In this document: positions 1 through 9,939 of the stretch, piece after piece | Layout: the number at the start of each line of letters is the position of its first letter | Position numbering within the stretch: the stretch's first letter is position 1 | Source of the DNA: Candidatus Latescibacterota bacterium | Lineage (GTDB): Bacteria; Latescibacterota; UBA2968; UBA8231 | DNA: 64,000 bases | Assembly (NCBI GenBank): GCA_965221775.1 | Contig: CBDCSU010000004.1 | Coordinates: 96,001 to 160,000, forward strand | Direction: 5' to 3' | The notes under the pieces: model-generated | What the model was told of the DNA's origin: nothing | The model's database searches: none | The model's input: only the letters and a program-made list of their open reading frames with translations | Made by a program: the position numbers and the translations under genes

Positions 1-1863
1 GATCAGGCAGGCCTTGACCATCCACACCAGGAAGACGCTGAACCACATGTGACGGGTGAGCATCATCTGCGACACCGCCAGCCCCATGGGATGGACGGGG
101 AAGGAGAGGACGTGGGCGCGCACCCAGTAGAGGGCGAGCATGACCGCCGCGCCCAACCCGATCAGTCCCATGCCGGCCAGGTCGGGGCCGACGGGCTCGC
201 GCAGGTAGCGGGCGGCGAAGTCGATGGTGTACCGGGGGCCGCTGAGGAAGAACCAGGCGTTGGCGTTGTTGGCCCCGGTCTGGTAGGCGTAGTAGAGGGT
301 GGTCCACACCGAGATCCCCAGCCCGAGGACCACGGCCAGGATCATGCTCCACAGCAGGACGCCCTTGCGGGTCACCGACTCGGCCACCTTCAGGCCGTTG
401 GCGGCCGAGGCCATGACGAAGGTGCGCACGTCGCTCATCCACACCTGGCCCAGGGCGAGCACGGTCACCGCCCCCGGACCGCCGAGCCAGGCGGTGCCGT
501 ACGCCGTGCGCACCACGGTGGGCGTGATCAGCTGGGCCCGCGTCGCCGCCAGGCCCGACTCGCAGAGGATGCGGGTGATGCCCAGGAAGGTGGCCGCCGC
601 CACCAGCACGAAGGTCACCGACGCCCACCAAGGCACCCCCGCGGCGATGAACCACCCCGTCATCAGCACCAGCCCCAGGATCAGCTGCCCGTAGACGCTG
701 CGCATGGAGAACTCGCCGGGGTCGCCGCCTCCGCCCCGGAAGACCGAGCGCCAAGTCTGTCCCAGGTACCCCCGCGCCGTCCACAGGGCGTAGCCGGTGA
801 GGGCCATGAGGGCGCCGAACTGCAGGTACGAGAGGATGGGACCGCCGTCGCTCTGGGCGTAGATGTCCAGGTTGAGGGTGCGCGTCAGGCCGATGTAGGT
901 GAGGTAGCCCTTGAGGGCGTAGCCGAGCAGGTAGAACAGCCAGATGCTCAGGGTCACCTCCTGGTGGGTCAGGTAGGCGAAGCCCATCATGGGAAAGCTG
1001 ACGACCACCGAGAGGGACTCGAGGTTGGGCAGAATGGGGATGCTCGCCGACAGGCTGACGCCGGGGATGAAGTGGTGGTAGGCGTGGAGCCCGTTCATGG
1101 AGGTGACGATGAAGGGCACGGCGAAGCCCGCCCACATGACGGGGTTGCGGAAGAAGGCGTTGAGGGCCCGGCCCCGCTCCTGGGAGCACATGACCAGGGG
1201 CAGCTGGGCCAGGGGATAGGCGAGGCGCTCGTGCTCCATCCACTGGCGGCGGAAGAGCACGGCGAGGGAGATCATCACCAGGTAGAGGCCGAGGAGGACG
1301 GGGACCCAGGCCAGCAGCGGCTTGACCCACACCATCCACGGGATCGCCTCGCCCCGCGCCACCCCCTCGTAGAACCCCTGGATGGCGTCGTCGCCCTGGG
1401 GCACCAGCCAGTGGGGGACGTAGGGCTGGATGTCCTGGGCCCACTCGTTCTCCGGGGTGGCCAGGTAGTAGATCGCCGGCAAGATGGGGATCAGGTAGAG
1501 GGTCAGCCCCATGGTGCAGATCGAGCAGGCGATCGCCGCCATCAGGTAGGTGATCGACAGCTCGCCCGTGGTCAGGGAGAAGGAGGGGAGCAGCCGCCGC
1601 AGGGCGGTGTTGGCCACCAGGGCCAGGAGGAAGAGGAGGAGGATGGCGGCGGCGGTGGTGAAGTCGATGGTCAGGTACGAGCCGCGCACCATCAGGCTGT
1701 TGTAGGGCCCCCAGAAAGCGACGGCGGCGCTCAGCAGCGAGCCCGCCAGCAGGGCCCGCGCCGGGCGCACGTACCCCGGGGACTCGGGGCCGGCCTCCGG
1801 CGCCTGTCCGGTGCGCTGGCGGAAGGCCTCGACGGCGGCGGAGGCGGCGGTCCGGGTGGTCAA
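1..1863 (-). CDS. DUF6785/DUF6784-type polytopic membrane protein (putative peptide transporter), 3' end outside window
   Basis: Not in the ORF track. Read manually on the minus strand from TTG at 1863: many hydrophobic helices and motifs LATPENEW, IPWMVWVKPL, FRRQWMEHERLAYPLAQLP. The + strand ORF 49..2577 is its antisense shadow. Start codon uncertain. Confidence 0.8.
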   Translation of the reverse strand, partial: MTTRTAASAAVEAFRQRTGQAPEAGPESPGYVRPARALLAGSLLSAAVAFWGPYNSLMVRGSYLTIDFTTAAAILLLFLLALVANTALRRLLPSFSLTTGELSITYLMAAIACSICTMGLTLYLIPILPAIYYLATPENEWAQDIQPYVPHWLVPQGDDAIQGFYEGVARGEAIPWMVWVKPLLAWVPVLLGLYLVMISLAVLFRRQWMEHERLAYPLAQLPLVMCSQERGRALNAFFRNPVMWAGFAVPFIVTSMNGLHAYHHFIPGVSLSASIPILPNLESLSVVVSFPMMGFAYLTHQEVTLSIWLFYLLGYALKGYLTYIGLTRTLNLDIYAQSDGGPILSYLQFGALMALTGYALWTARGYLGQTWRSVFRGGGGDPGEFSMRSVYGQLILGLVLMTGWFIAAGVPWWASVTFVLVAAATFLGITRILCESGLAATRAQLITPTVVRTAYGTAWLGGPGAVTVLALGQVWMSDVRTFVMASAANGLKVAESVTRKGVLLWSMILAVVLGLGISVWTTLYYAYQTGANNANAWFFLSGPRYTIDFAARYLREPVGPDLAGMGLIGLGAAVMLALYWVRAHVLSFPVHPMGLAVSQMMLTRHMWFSVFLVWMVKACLI

Positions 1864-1950
1864 GGGCGCTCCGGCGGGAGGGGGTCTGCCGGGCGGTGTC
1901 CGGGTCCGTCAGGTTGGCCGGCCGGCTTTCCACGGAAGCCTTCAGGCCGT

Positions 1951-1990
1951 AATTTGGAGGCGAAACCTCCAAATTTGGACCGAAAATGGA
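1951..1990. promoter_or_regulatory. Nested palindromes in a divergent intergenic region (operator-like, or RBS-sequestering hairpin)
   Basis: AATTTGGAGG-cgaaa-CCTCCAAATT is a perfect 10-bp inverted repeat (1951-1975). It overlaps the 12-bp palindrome TCCAAATTTGGA (1968-1979), just upstream of ATG 1986. Confidence 0.6.
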
Positions 1991-3137
1991 GATCATACAG
2001 CGATTCTTCCGTCCGCCGGAGGGCAGCTTCTTTCTCTTCGGCCCCCGCGGCACCGGCAAGTCGACCTGGCTCCGCCAGCGGTTCCCGGAAGCGCTCTGGG
2101 TGGATCTGCTCCAGCCCGACGTCCATCGAGACCTCCTGGCCCGCCCCGAGCGCCTGCGAGACCTCGTCCTGGCCGCCGAGGGACGGCCCGTCGTCATCGA
2201 CGAGGTGCAGAAGGCGCCGGAGCTGCTCGATGTCGTCCACGCCCTCATCGACTCCAGGGGCACCGTCTTCGCCCTCACCGGCTCCAGCGCCCGCAAGATC
2301 CGCCGGGCCGGCGTCGACCTGCTCGGCGGCCGGGCGGCGCGGCGCATCATGCCTCCCTTCATGGCGGCCGAGCTGGGCGGCCGCTTCGACCTCCAGCGCG
2401 CCCTTCGCGAGGGCATGCTGCCCCTCGTGTGGGGCTCCCCCGAGGGCCCGGACGCGCTGCGGGCCTATGCCTCCCTCTACCTTCGTGAGGAGGTCCAGGC
2501 CGAAGGACTGGTGCGCAACATCGGCCAGTTCTCGCGTTTCCTCGAGGCGATCTCCTTCGCCCACGGCGGTCTGCTGAACATCACCAACCTGGCCCGCGAC
2601 TGCGCCGTGGGACGCAAGACCGCCGAGGGCTACGTGGAGATCCTGGAGGACTTGCTCCTCGCCTTCCGTCTGCCCGTCTTCCGCCGCCGCGCCGCCCGCC
2701 GGGTCACGGCCCGGCCTAAGCTCTACCTCTTCGACGCCGGCGTCTTCCGCTCCCTGCGGCCCACGGGTCCTCTCGACCGTCCCGAGGAGATCGAAGGCGG
2801 CGCCCTCGAAGGTCTGGTGGCCCAACATCTGCGGGCCTGGGTCGACCTGACCCCGGAGGAGCACAGCCTCTCCTTCTGGCGCACCCCCTCCGGGACCGAG
2901 GTCGACTTCGTGGTCTACGGCGAGCAGGGGCTGTGGGCCTTCGAGGTCAAGAGCACGGCGGCGGTGCGAGGCTCGGACCTGCGGGGCCTGCGCGCGTTCT
3001 GCGAGGACTACCCCGAGGCCCGGCCCGTTCACCTGTACCGCGGGGCGGACCGCCTCCACGTGGACGGCGTTCTGTGCCTGCCCGTGGACGAGTTCCTCCG
3101 GCAACTGAGACCGGGGCGCCCGCCCTGGCCGGACTAG
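1986..3137 (+). CDS. AAA_14 ATPase with DUF4143 / C-terminal PD-(D/E)xK-like domain
   Basis: Walker A GPRGTGKS, Walker B VIDEVQK, LTGSS, KLYLFDAG, EVDFV...FEVK. Confidence 0.9.
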   Translation: MEIIQRFFRPPEGSFFLFGPRGTGKSTWLRQRFPEALWVDLLQPDVHRDLLARPERLRDLVLAAEGRPVVIDEVQKAPELLDVVHALIDSRGTVFALTGSSARKIRRAGVDLLGGRAARRIMPPFMAAELGGRFDLQRALREGMLPLVWGSPEGPDALRAYASLYLREEVQAEGLVRNIGQFSRFLEAISFAHGGLLNITNLARDCAVGRKTAEGYVEILEDLLLAFRLPVFRRRAARRVTARPKLYLFDAGVFRSLRPTGPLDRPEEIEGGALEGLVAQHLRAWVDLTPEEHSLSFWRTPSGTEVDFVVYGEQGLWAFEVKSTAAVRGSDLRGLRAFCEDYPEARPVHLYRGADRLHVDGVLCLPVDEFLRQLRPGRPPWPD

Positions 3138-3226
3138 CCGCCGGCGCGGGTCTTTCCCCTGACGGCCGCAGCCCCCGGGGGCCGACCGGCCATCCGCCGC
3201 AGCTCTCTTCAAGGGGTCCCCTTCCC

Positions 3227-4249
3227 TCAGAACCCGAGGACCATGACCCAGAACGGCGAGTCGCCCACCTCGCGCTCGTCGAACTCTTCCAGGCCGCCGG
3301 CATCCGGGTCGACGCGGAAGGAGCGCATGCGGCCGGCGGTCTCGCCGGCGCAGTAGCAGAACCGCCCCGTGGGATCGATGTTGAAGGAGCGCGGGCTCGA
3401 CGGCACGGGGAAGTGGCCGAAGGGGCTCAGGCCGCCGTCGGCGGCGATCTCGAAGCCGGCGATGCTGTCCCCGGGGCCGCGGTTGGAGGCGTAGGCCCAG
3501 CGGCCGTTGGGGTGGACCTCCACGTGGGCCGTGTGGCTCACCTCGCCGTAGCCCTCGGGCAGGGTGGAGACCTCCTGCACCGGCTCGAGGGTGCCGGACT
3601 CGCCGTCGTAGCGGTGCACGGTGACCGTGTTGCCCTGCTCGTTGACGGTGTAGACGATCCCGCCGCCGGGGCCGAAGCACATGTGCCGGGGGCCGGTGTA
3701 CTCCTCGGCGGGGACGACCTCGAAGGGCTCGTTGGGGGTCAGCCGGCCCGTGGCGGCGTCGTAGCGGAACTGGGAGGTCTTGTTGTTCGGGCAGACGTGG
3801 GGGATGAAGACGAAGCGGTCGTCGTCGAGGAGCACGGCGTGGGCCTTCGGACCCGTGTCGACGTACTCCACCTGCTCGCCGATGGAGCCGTCCTCGGAGA
3901 CGCGGTGCACGGTGACGCCGCCGCCGGTGTAGTAGCTGGCGATCAGGTGGCGCCCGGCGCCGTCGGTGATCGCCAGGGCCGGCGTCGCCAGGCCGGTGTC
4001 GACGGTGTTGACGTGGTGCAGGGCGCCGGTGGCGGTGTCGAGGCGGTAGCTCGACAGCTCCGTGGACTGCACGTGGGCGCCGTAGACCATGCTCGTGGAC
4101 CGGTGAAGGTGCAGGGAGCCGATGGGGCCCTGGGCGTCGCTGGAGGCGCTCAGCTCCAGGGCGCCCGTGGCCGGGTCCATCGACCAGGCCTGGATCTGCC
4201 GGTCGCCGGTGAGGGCGACGAAGACGAAGTAGCGGGATGCGTCCGCCAT
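3227..4249 (-). CDS. Lactonase family beta-propeller (6-phosphogluconolactonase-like)
   Basis: GPKAH, GPRHMCF, YTVNE, YASNRG, PRSFNIDPTG motifs; start moved to MADASRY with AAAGG upstream. Confidence 0.88.
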   Translation of the reverse strand: MADASRYFVFVALTGDRQIQAWSMDPATGALELSASSDAQGPIGSLHLHRSTSMVYGAHVQSTELSSYRLDTATGALHHVNTVDTGLATPALAITDGAGRHLIASYYTGGGVTVHRVSEDGSIGEQVEYVDTGPKAHAVLLDDDRFVFIPHVCPNNKTSQFRYDAATGRLTPNEPFEVVPAEEYTGPRHMCFGPGGGIVYTVNEQGNTVTVHRYDGESGTLEPVQEVSTLPEGYGEVSHTAHVEVHPNGRWAYASNRGPGDSIAGFEIAADGGLSPFGHFPVPSSPRSFNIDPTGRFCYCAGETAGRMRSFRVDPDAGGLEEFDEREVGDSPFWVMVLGF

Positions 4250-4389
4250 GAGATGGCCTTTCCGGGTTGGGTGGTGCCGGCGATGCTTGGGATCGTTTGA
4301 GAAGAGACTCAAACTACGACGACCCCGGAGGGCCCCGCCACGCGGGCCCCGCCCCGGCCGAGCCCGACACCGCAAGGAAAGCCGAGCGC

Positions 4390-6234
4390 ATGAGCGGACA
4401 GCTGCCACCCGGCGCCGACCTGGACCGTCTCGAGGACCAGGCCCGGCGTCTGCACAGGGCCCACCGCTCCGCCAGCCCCTTCGTGACCGGGCGCCTGCGC
4501 CGGCACCTGCCGCGGTTCACGGGAGCCCCCGACCACGAGATCCGCTCGGCGTCGCTGCCGCTGCGCGACGCCCGCCAGGTGATCGCCCGCGAGCTGGGGT
4601 TCCGCGGCTGGTCCAGCCTCGAGCGCCGGGCCGGGGCGAAAGGCGGCGACTCCCGCAACCCGCGGGCGGAAGTCGGCACCCGTCTCGCCCCGTACGAGCG
4701 CCAGGCCGCCGATCTGCACGCCCGCCACCGTGAGGGCTGCCTCGACCAGGCGCGGCACGACGTCGCCCGCCGCCACGGATTCCATACCTGGTGGCGGCTG
4801 GTGGCCGCCGTCGACCGGGCGCGGCAGGCGCCCCTGCCCGTGCGTGCCTGTCCGTCCGATCCTGCGTGGGATCTCAAGCGCGAGGCCCGGGAGCTGCTGA
4901 AGGCCGCCCGCGGCGGCAGCCCCGCCGCCCTGCAGCGATTCCGCGACAGCCTCCTGCCCTTCGCCGAAACCCCCGACGACGAGCTGGCCGCGGCCGTCGT
5001 CCTGCGCCAGGCGCGCTACGTCCTCGAAGCGGAGTACCGCGGCGACCCGGAGGCCCAGCGCGAGACCCCGGCCCAGGTGCGGGCCTGGCGCGAGCGGCTG
5101 TGGGCGTCCCACGACCGGCAGGCGTCGTCGCGGCGCACGCGGGCGCAGATGTCCTTGAGGGAGCAGGCCTTCGTCGAGGCCGCCATGGGCGACTGGCGCC
5201 GCCCGCACCGGGCCTCCCTGCCGCGCCTGCGGGCCCTGGCCGCGGAGGATTCCGCCCTGATCGCCGGCGCCGGTCCCGCGGCCCTGGCCCGGGCCCTCTC
5301 CTGGGAGGGCGGCGAGCCGATCGTGCGCTTCCTCCTGGAGCAGGGGGCCCGCCTCGACCACGAGCCCGGCACCTTCGGCCCCCTGGACGGGGCCGTCTGG
5401 ACCGGCTGCCTGGAGAGCGTGCGCCTGCTGCTGGAGGCCGGCGGCGCCCCGGACCCCGCCGAGGCGGCGGTGGAGCCGCCCCACGGCGGCCTCGCCTCCC
5501 ACCGCACGCCGCTGCACACCGCCGCCTGGCTGGCCCAGCCCGAGATGACGGAGGTCCTGCTGGAGCACGGCGCCGCCCGCACCATTGAGGCGCGGCTGGG
5601 GGAGGACGGCTCCACGCCCCTGCAGCGGGCCGTCCTGGCCAACAACTGGCCCACCACCGACCCCTGGGCCCGGCGCGACCCCAACGGCCGGTCGAACCAC
5701 CGCAGCGGCCGCGAGGTGGCGGCCCTGCTGCTGGAGTACGGCGCCCGCTACGACATCTGGTCCGCCTGCGGGCTCGACGACGCCTGGCGGGTGGAGCAGT
5801 TGCTCCGGGAGGATCCGGCGCTGGTGAGGGCCGGAGACCCCAGCGGGTTCACGCCCCTCCACTGGGCGGCGAAGCAGGGCGCCCTCGAATGCGCCCGGAT
5901 GCTCCTCGACGTCGGCGCCGACGTCAACGCCGACTCGAACTCGCTGAAGATGCCCCTGCACCAGGCCGCGGTGGCCCACCAGAACATGGTTCTCCTGCCA
6001 TCGAACGTGGACCTCATGGCCCTGCTCATCGAGGCGGGGGCCGACGTCGACGCTCGGGACTCCAAGGGCCGCACGCCGCTGTTTCTCGCCTGCCAGGGCG
6101 GGTACGACCTGAACGCCGGGTACCTGATCCTCCTCGGCGCGAGGACCACGATCCGCAACCGCAAGGGCAAGTCGCCGCTGGATGTGGCGGCGAAGGGGTG
6201 TCGCTATCTGAAGGGCGGACAACGCGGCATATAG
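4390..6234 (+). CDS. Ankyrin repeat protein with repeated N-terminal helical modules
   Basis: TPLHTAA, TPLQRAV, TPLHWAA...LLDVGADVNA, GRTPLFLA, SPLDVA; AAGGA RBS before ATG 4390. Confidence 0.88.
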   Translation: MSGQLPPGADLDRLEDQARRLHRAHRSASPFVTGRLRRHLPRFTGAPDHEIRSASLPLRDARQVIARELGFRGWSSLERRAGAKGGDSRNPRAEVGTRLAPYERQAADLHARHREGCLDQARHDVARRHGFHTWWRLVAAVDRARQAPLPVRACPSDPAWDLKREARELLKAARGGSPAALQRFRDSLLPFAETPDDELAAAVVLRQARYVLEAEYRGDPEAQRETPAQVRAWRERLWASHDRQASSRRTRAQMSLREQAFVEAAMGDWRRPHRASLPRLRALAAEDSALIAGAGPAALARALSWEGGEPIVRFLLEQGARLDHEPGTFGPLDGAVWTGCLESVRLLLEAGGAPDPAEAAVEPPHGGLASHRTPLHTAAWLAQPEMTEVLLEHGAARTIEARLGEDGSTPLQRAVLANNWPTTDPWARRDPNGRSNHRSGREVAALLLEYGARYDIWSACGLDDAWRVEQLLREDPALVRAGDPSGFTPLHWAAKQGALECARMLLDVGADVNADSNSLKMPLHQAAVAHQNMVLLPSNVDLMALLIEAGADVDARDSKGRTPLFLACQGGYDLNAGYLILLGARTTIRNRKGKSPLDVAAKGCRYLKGGQRGI

Positions 6235-6250
6235 CACCTGTTATACCGGG

Positions 6251-6279
6251 TTGCGAAATCAGAGCTCCATGGGTACACT
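6251..6279 (+). promoter_or_regulatory. Putative sigma70 promoter of the defence operon
   Basis: TTGCGA (6251-6256), 17-bp spacer, TACACT (6274-6279), 40 bp upstream of ATG 6319. Confidence 0.6.
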
Positions 6280-6318
6280 CTGCCGTAACAGAATCTACCA
6301 CAGAACGATAGAGGCAGA

Positions 6319-9300
6319 ATGTCATCCAGTTTCTCCGACACACTCCCCGGAGATTACCCCCGCCGGATCAAGAGCATCCGAGGCCTCCGGGGTCTGACGC
6401 AGACGCAGTTCGCGGAACTCGTCGGCGTCTCCTTTGCCTCCGTCAACCGCTGGGAGAACGGCCAGTCCCGTCCCAACACCCTGGCCTGGCGCCGCGTACT
6501 CGAGGTGGAAGCCCTGCCAGCAGACGGTTCGGACGAACCCTCGGCAGAGGAAACCGGGCCCCCAAGCATGGACTTCTCAGCCGATCCCGAGGCGGTCTCC
6601 GCCGTCGCCGAGGCCCATCGCCTCGCCAGCGGCCACCTCTTCAATCCCGCCTTCGCCACCGAGACCTCCCTGATCGACCCGCTTCCGCACCAGCGCATCG
6701 CCGTGTACCAGCGGATGCTTGACCAGTCCCCCCTTCGTTTTCTGCTGGCCGACGACGCCGGCGCCGGCAAGACCATCATGACCGGGCTGTACGTGCGCGA
6801 GATGCTTTCCCGCCGCCTCCTGCGGCGCGTGCTCGTCGTGCCCCCGGCCGGCTTGGTGGGCAACTGGGAGCGGGAGATGCGCACCCTCTTCCGCCTGCCC
6901 TTCCGCATCCTAGGCGGGGCCGACGCGCGCGCCGGCAACCCCTTCCTCGGACCGGAGAGCGACCTCGCCATCGTCAGCGTCGACACCCTGGCCGGGGAGC
7001 GCATGTTCGGCCACCTCGGGGATCCGCAGACCAGCCCCTACGACCTCGTTGTCTTCGACGAGGCCCACAAGCTGTCGGCAGACCGCCAGCCGGACTTCCG
7101 GGTGCGCAAGACGGGCCGCTACAAGCTGGCCGAGGCCCTGGCCGGCGCCGAGACCGACGACAAGGACGGGAGGGGGCTCTCCTGGTCGGCACAGCATCTC
7201 CTGCTGCTGACGGCCACCCCCCACATGGGCAAGGACCACCCCTACTACTATCTGTGGCGCCTGCTGCTGCCGGACGCCCTCTCCACCTACGACGCCTTCG
7301 AGGAGTTCCCCCCGGACTCGCGGCAGCGGCACTTCATCCGTCGCACCAAGGAGGAGATGGTCCACTTCGACCGTCGGCCCCTCTACCCGCAGCGCAAGTG
7401 CGACACCCTGGGCTACGAGCTGTCCCAGGGGCCGGGGAGCGAGCAGGAGCTGTACGACGAGACCACGGACTACATGCGCCATCACTACAACCGGGCGGCG
7501 GCGTTGAACCGGTCCGCCGCCCGCCTGGCGATGAGCGTCTTCCAGCGCCGCTTGGCCAGCTCCACCTATGCTCTCCTGCGCTCCTTCGAGCGCCGCCTCG
7601 AGAAGCTGGAGGGGCTCATCGACGACATCCGCAGCGGCCGCCTAACCGAGGAGCAGCTCGCGAGGCGGCAACAACAGCTCCGGCCCGACGATCTCTTCGA
7701 GACGCGCACGGCTGACGAGGAGGCGGAGATCGAAGACGGGGAACAGCACGAGGACTTCGAGGCCCGGGCCCTCGAAGGCACGGTGGCGGTCAACCTCGCC
7801 GAGCTGGAGGCGGAGCGTGTCAAGGTCGCCGGGTTGCGCGACAAGGCGCAGAGGCTCTTTGACCAAGGTGAGGAGTCGAAGTTCGAGAAGCTGAGGGAGG
7901 TCCTTGCGGCTCCGGACTACCGCGACCAGAAGCTCATCATCTTCACCGAGCACCGGGACACGGCGGGGTTCCTGGTGCGCCGACTCGAAGGCCTTGGCTA
8001 CACGGGCCACGTCGCCCTCATCCACGGCGGCCTTGCCTACCCGGAGAGGGAGCGCCAAGTCGAACTTTTCCGCCGGCCCGCGGACCAGGGCGGGGCCAGT
8101 TATCTCGTGGCCACCGACGCCGCCGGCGAGGGGATCAACCTCCAGTTCTGCTGGCTCATGGTGAACTACGACATCCCCTGGAACCCGGCCCGGCTGGAGC
8201 AGCGCATGGGGCGCATCCACCGTTACGGCCAGAAGCGGGACCCGGTGGTCATCGTCAACCTCGTCTCCGCGGGCACCCGGGAGGGCCGGGTGCTGAAGAC
8301 CCTGCTCGACAAGCTCGAGGCGATCCGACGGCAGCTCAGCTCCGACAAGGTCTTCGACGTGGTGGGCCGTCTCTTCGAGGGGCTGTCCGTCCGGGACTAC
8401 CTGGCCCAAGCGGTGATGGATGGAGCCGGCGCCGACGCCGCTGCTGAGCGGCTGGAGGGCCACCTCACGGAAGAGCAGGTCCGGGCCCTCGAGGAGAGAG
8501 AGCGCGCCATTTACGGGGACGGCGGCGAGGTGCGCGGCCGGCTGGACGATCTCAACGAGGAGATGGAGCAGGAGAACTACCGCCGGCTGCTGCCCGGGTA
8601 CGTGCGCCGTTTCGTCGAGCATGCCGCGCCGCTCCTCCACCTGCGCCTGGATGGGGATCCGGGTGGCGCCTTCTCCCTGGTGCCTGACCGGCCTCGGGCC
8701 GCCGACCCCCTGCTGTCCGCCCTGGAGGTCTACCCGGAGGAGGCGAGGGAGCGGCTGACGGTGTACAAGCCCGAGAGCCGCGACGACGCTATCTGGCTGC
8801 ATCCCGGTGAGCCGGTCTTCGACAGCCTCTCGGCCGCGGTCCGGGAGCGCCTCGGAGCCGAAGGGCTGCGCGGCGCCGTGTTCAGCGACCCCTATGCCAG
8901 CGACCCGTACCTGTTCCACATCGCCCGCGTCAGCGTGCACCAGCATACGCCGGCGGTTGACCGCGACGAGGGTGGAGAGGCGCCGCAACTGGTGGAGTCG
9001 CGGCTGGTGGGGCTGCGCCAGAGCAGAGAGGGTGCCGTGGAGGAGTGCCCCGTGGAGCACTTGCTCCTGTTGCGCGGCGCCGGCGGTATCGCCCCCGGCG
9101 GCGTGCCCCTGGCCACCTTGGCGCGGGGCATGGCCGGAGAGGCCGCCGATTTCCTTGGCGGGGAAGTGGTCGAGCAGATCGTGCAGACACACCGCCAGCG
9201 CCGCCTGGACGATCTGCCCGGCCGCCTGGAGTTCGTCAACCGCGGATTCGACTATCAGGCGGCCGAGCTGGCAGCCGCCCGGTCCCGTCTCAGGGAGAAA

Positions 9301-9939
9301 GCCGGCACCGGGGACCGTCAGTCCGCCGAGGAGTTGGCCAAGGTCAGGGAGCGGCAGCGGAGCCTCAACGCCCTGCGCGCCCACCGACTTGCCGGGCTGC
9401 GGGCCGAGCCAGAGCACATCCGGGCCGGGGAGGCCGAGTTCCTCGTGCATGCCCTGGTGGTGCCGGCCCAGGACGACAGGGAGGCGGAGCGCTACGACGC
9501 CGATGTCGAGGCCATCGCCATGGAGGTAGCCGCCGCCTACGAGAAGGAGCGGGGCGCCCAGGTGCGGGATGTCTCCAAGCCGGAGTTGGCGAGGCGGGCC
9601 GGACTGCCGGACTGGCCGGGCTTCGACCTCCTGTCCCGCGGCGAGGGAATGGAGGACCGAGCCATAGAAGTCAAGGGACGGGCCGGCACCGGCGGCGTGG
9701 AGTTGGAGGAGAACGAGTGGGCCAAGGCCTGCAACCTGAGAGAGAGATACTGGCTCTACGTGGTCTACGACTGCGCGACGGCGAGGCCGCGACTGGCGCG
9801 GGTGCGGGACCCATTCGCCAAGCTGCTGGTGAGGGAACGAGAGTCCCGTACCTTCATCATCACGGCGGGGGCGGTCATGGAGGCGTCGGAGGAGGGCAGA
9901 AAAGATGAACCGGGGTTAAAGCGGGGACAGGGTGATTGA
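6319..9939 (+). CDS. XRE-HTH + SNF2-family (SF2) helicase + C-terminal DUF3883 (PD-(D/E)xK) nuclease
   Basis: HTH LTQTQFAELVGVSFASVNRWENG; LADDAGAGKT, DEAH, LTATPH, IIFTEH, TDAAGEGINLQ, WNPARLEQRMGRIHRYGQ; C-terminal GFDLLS...IEVKG...ENEW...YWLYVV. Confidence 0.93.
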   Translation: MSSSFSDTLPGDYPRRIKSIRGLRGLTQTQFAELVGVSFASVNRWENGQSRPNTLAWRRVLEVEALPADGSDEPSAEETGPPSMDFSADPEAVSAVAEAHRLASGHLFNPAFATETSLIDPLPHQRIAVYQRMLDQSPLRFLLADDAGAGKTIMTGLYVREMLSRRLLRRVLVVPPAGLVGNWEREMRTLFRLPFRILGGADARAGNPFLGPESDLAIVSVDTLAGERMFGHLGDPQTSPYDLVVFDEAHKLSADRQPDFRVRKTGRYKLAEALAGAETDDKDGRGLSWSAQHLLLLTATPHMGKDHPYYYLWRLLLPDALSTYDAFEEFPPDSRQRHFIRRTKEEMVHFDRRPLYPQRKCDTLGYELSQGPGSEQELYDETTDYMRHHYNRAAALNRSAARLAMSVFQRRLASSTYALLRSFERRLEKLEGLIDDIRSGRLTEEQLARRQQQLRPDDLFETRTADEEAEIEDGEQHEDFEARALEGTVAVNLAELEAERVKVAGLRDKAQRLFDQGEESKFEKLREVLAAPDYRDQKLIIFTEHRDTAGFLVRRLEGLGYTGHVALIHGGLAYPERERQVELFRRPADQGGASYLVATDAAGEGINLQFCWLMVNYDIPWNPARLEQRMGRIHRYGQKRDPVVIVNLVSAGTREGRVLKTLLDKLEAIRRQLSSDKVFDVVGRLFEGLSVRDYLAQAVMDGAGADAAAERLEGHLTEEQVRALEERERAIYGDGGEVRGRLDDLNEEMEQENYRRLLPGYVRRFVEHAAPLLHLRLDGDPGGAFSLVPDRPRAADPLLSALEVYPEEARERLTVYKPESRDDAIWLHPGEPVFDSLSAAVRERLGAEGLRGAVFSDPYASDPYLFHIARVSVHQHTPAVDRDEGGEAPQLVESRLVGLRQSREGAVEECPVEHLLLLRGAGGIAPGGVPLATLARGMAGEAADFLGGEVVEQIVQTHRQRRLDDLPGRLEFVNRGFDYQAAELAAARSRLREKAGTGDRQSAEELAKVRERQRSLNALRAHRLAGLRAEPEHIRAGEAEFLVHALVVPAQDDREAERYDADVEAIAMEVAAAYEKERGAQVRDVSKPELARRAGLPDWPGFDLLSRGEGMEDRAIEVKGRAGTGGVELEENEWAKACNLRERYWLYVVYDCATARPRLARVRDPFAKLLVRERESRTFIITAGAVMEASEEGRKDEPGLKRGQGD
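9781..9897 (+). repeat. Direct repeat copy 1 (3' end of the helicase gene)
   Basis: Aligns by eye to 12026-12143 with 8 substitutions and one 1-nt indel. Confidence 0.95.

Noticed and set aside
49-2577. 842-aa + strand ORF
   Set aside because: Antisense shadow of the minus-strand membrane protein, then off-frame over the ATPase gene; His/Gly/Arg-rich nonsense composition
3160-3225. GC-rich inverted repeats between convergent genes as a terminator
   Set aside because: Stems are imperfect with no U-tract; cannot be supported
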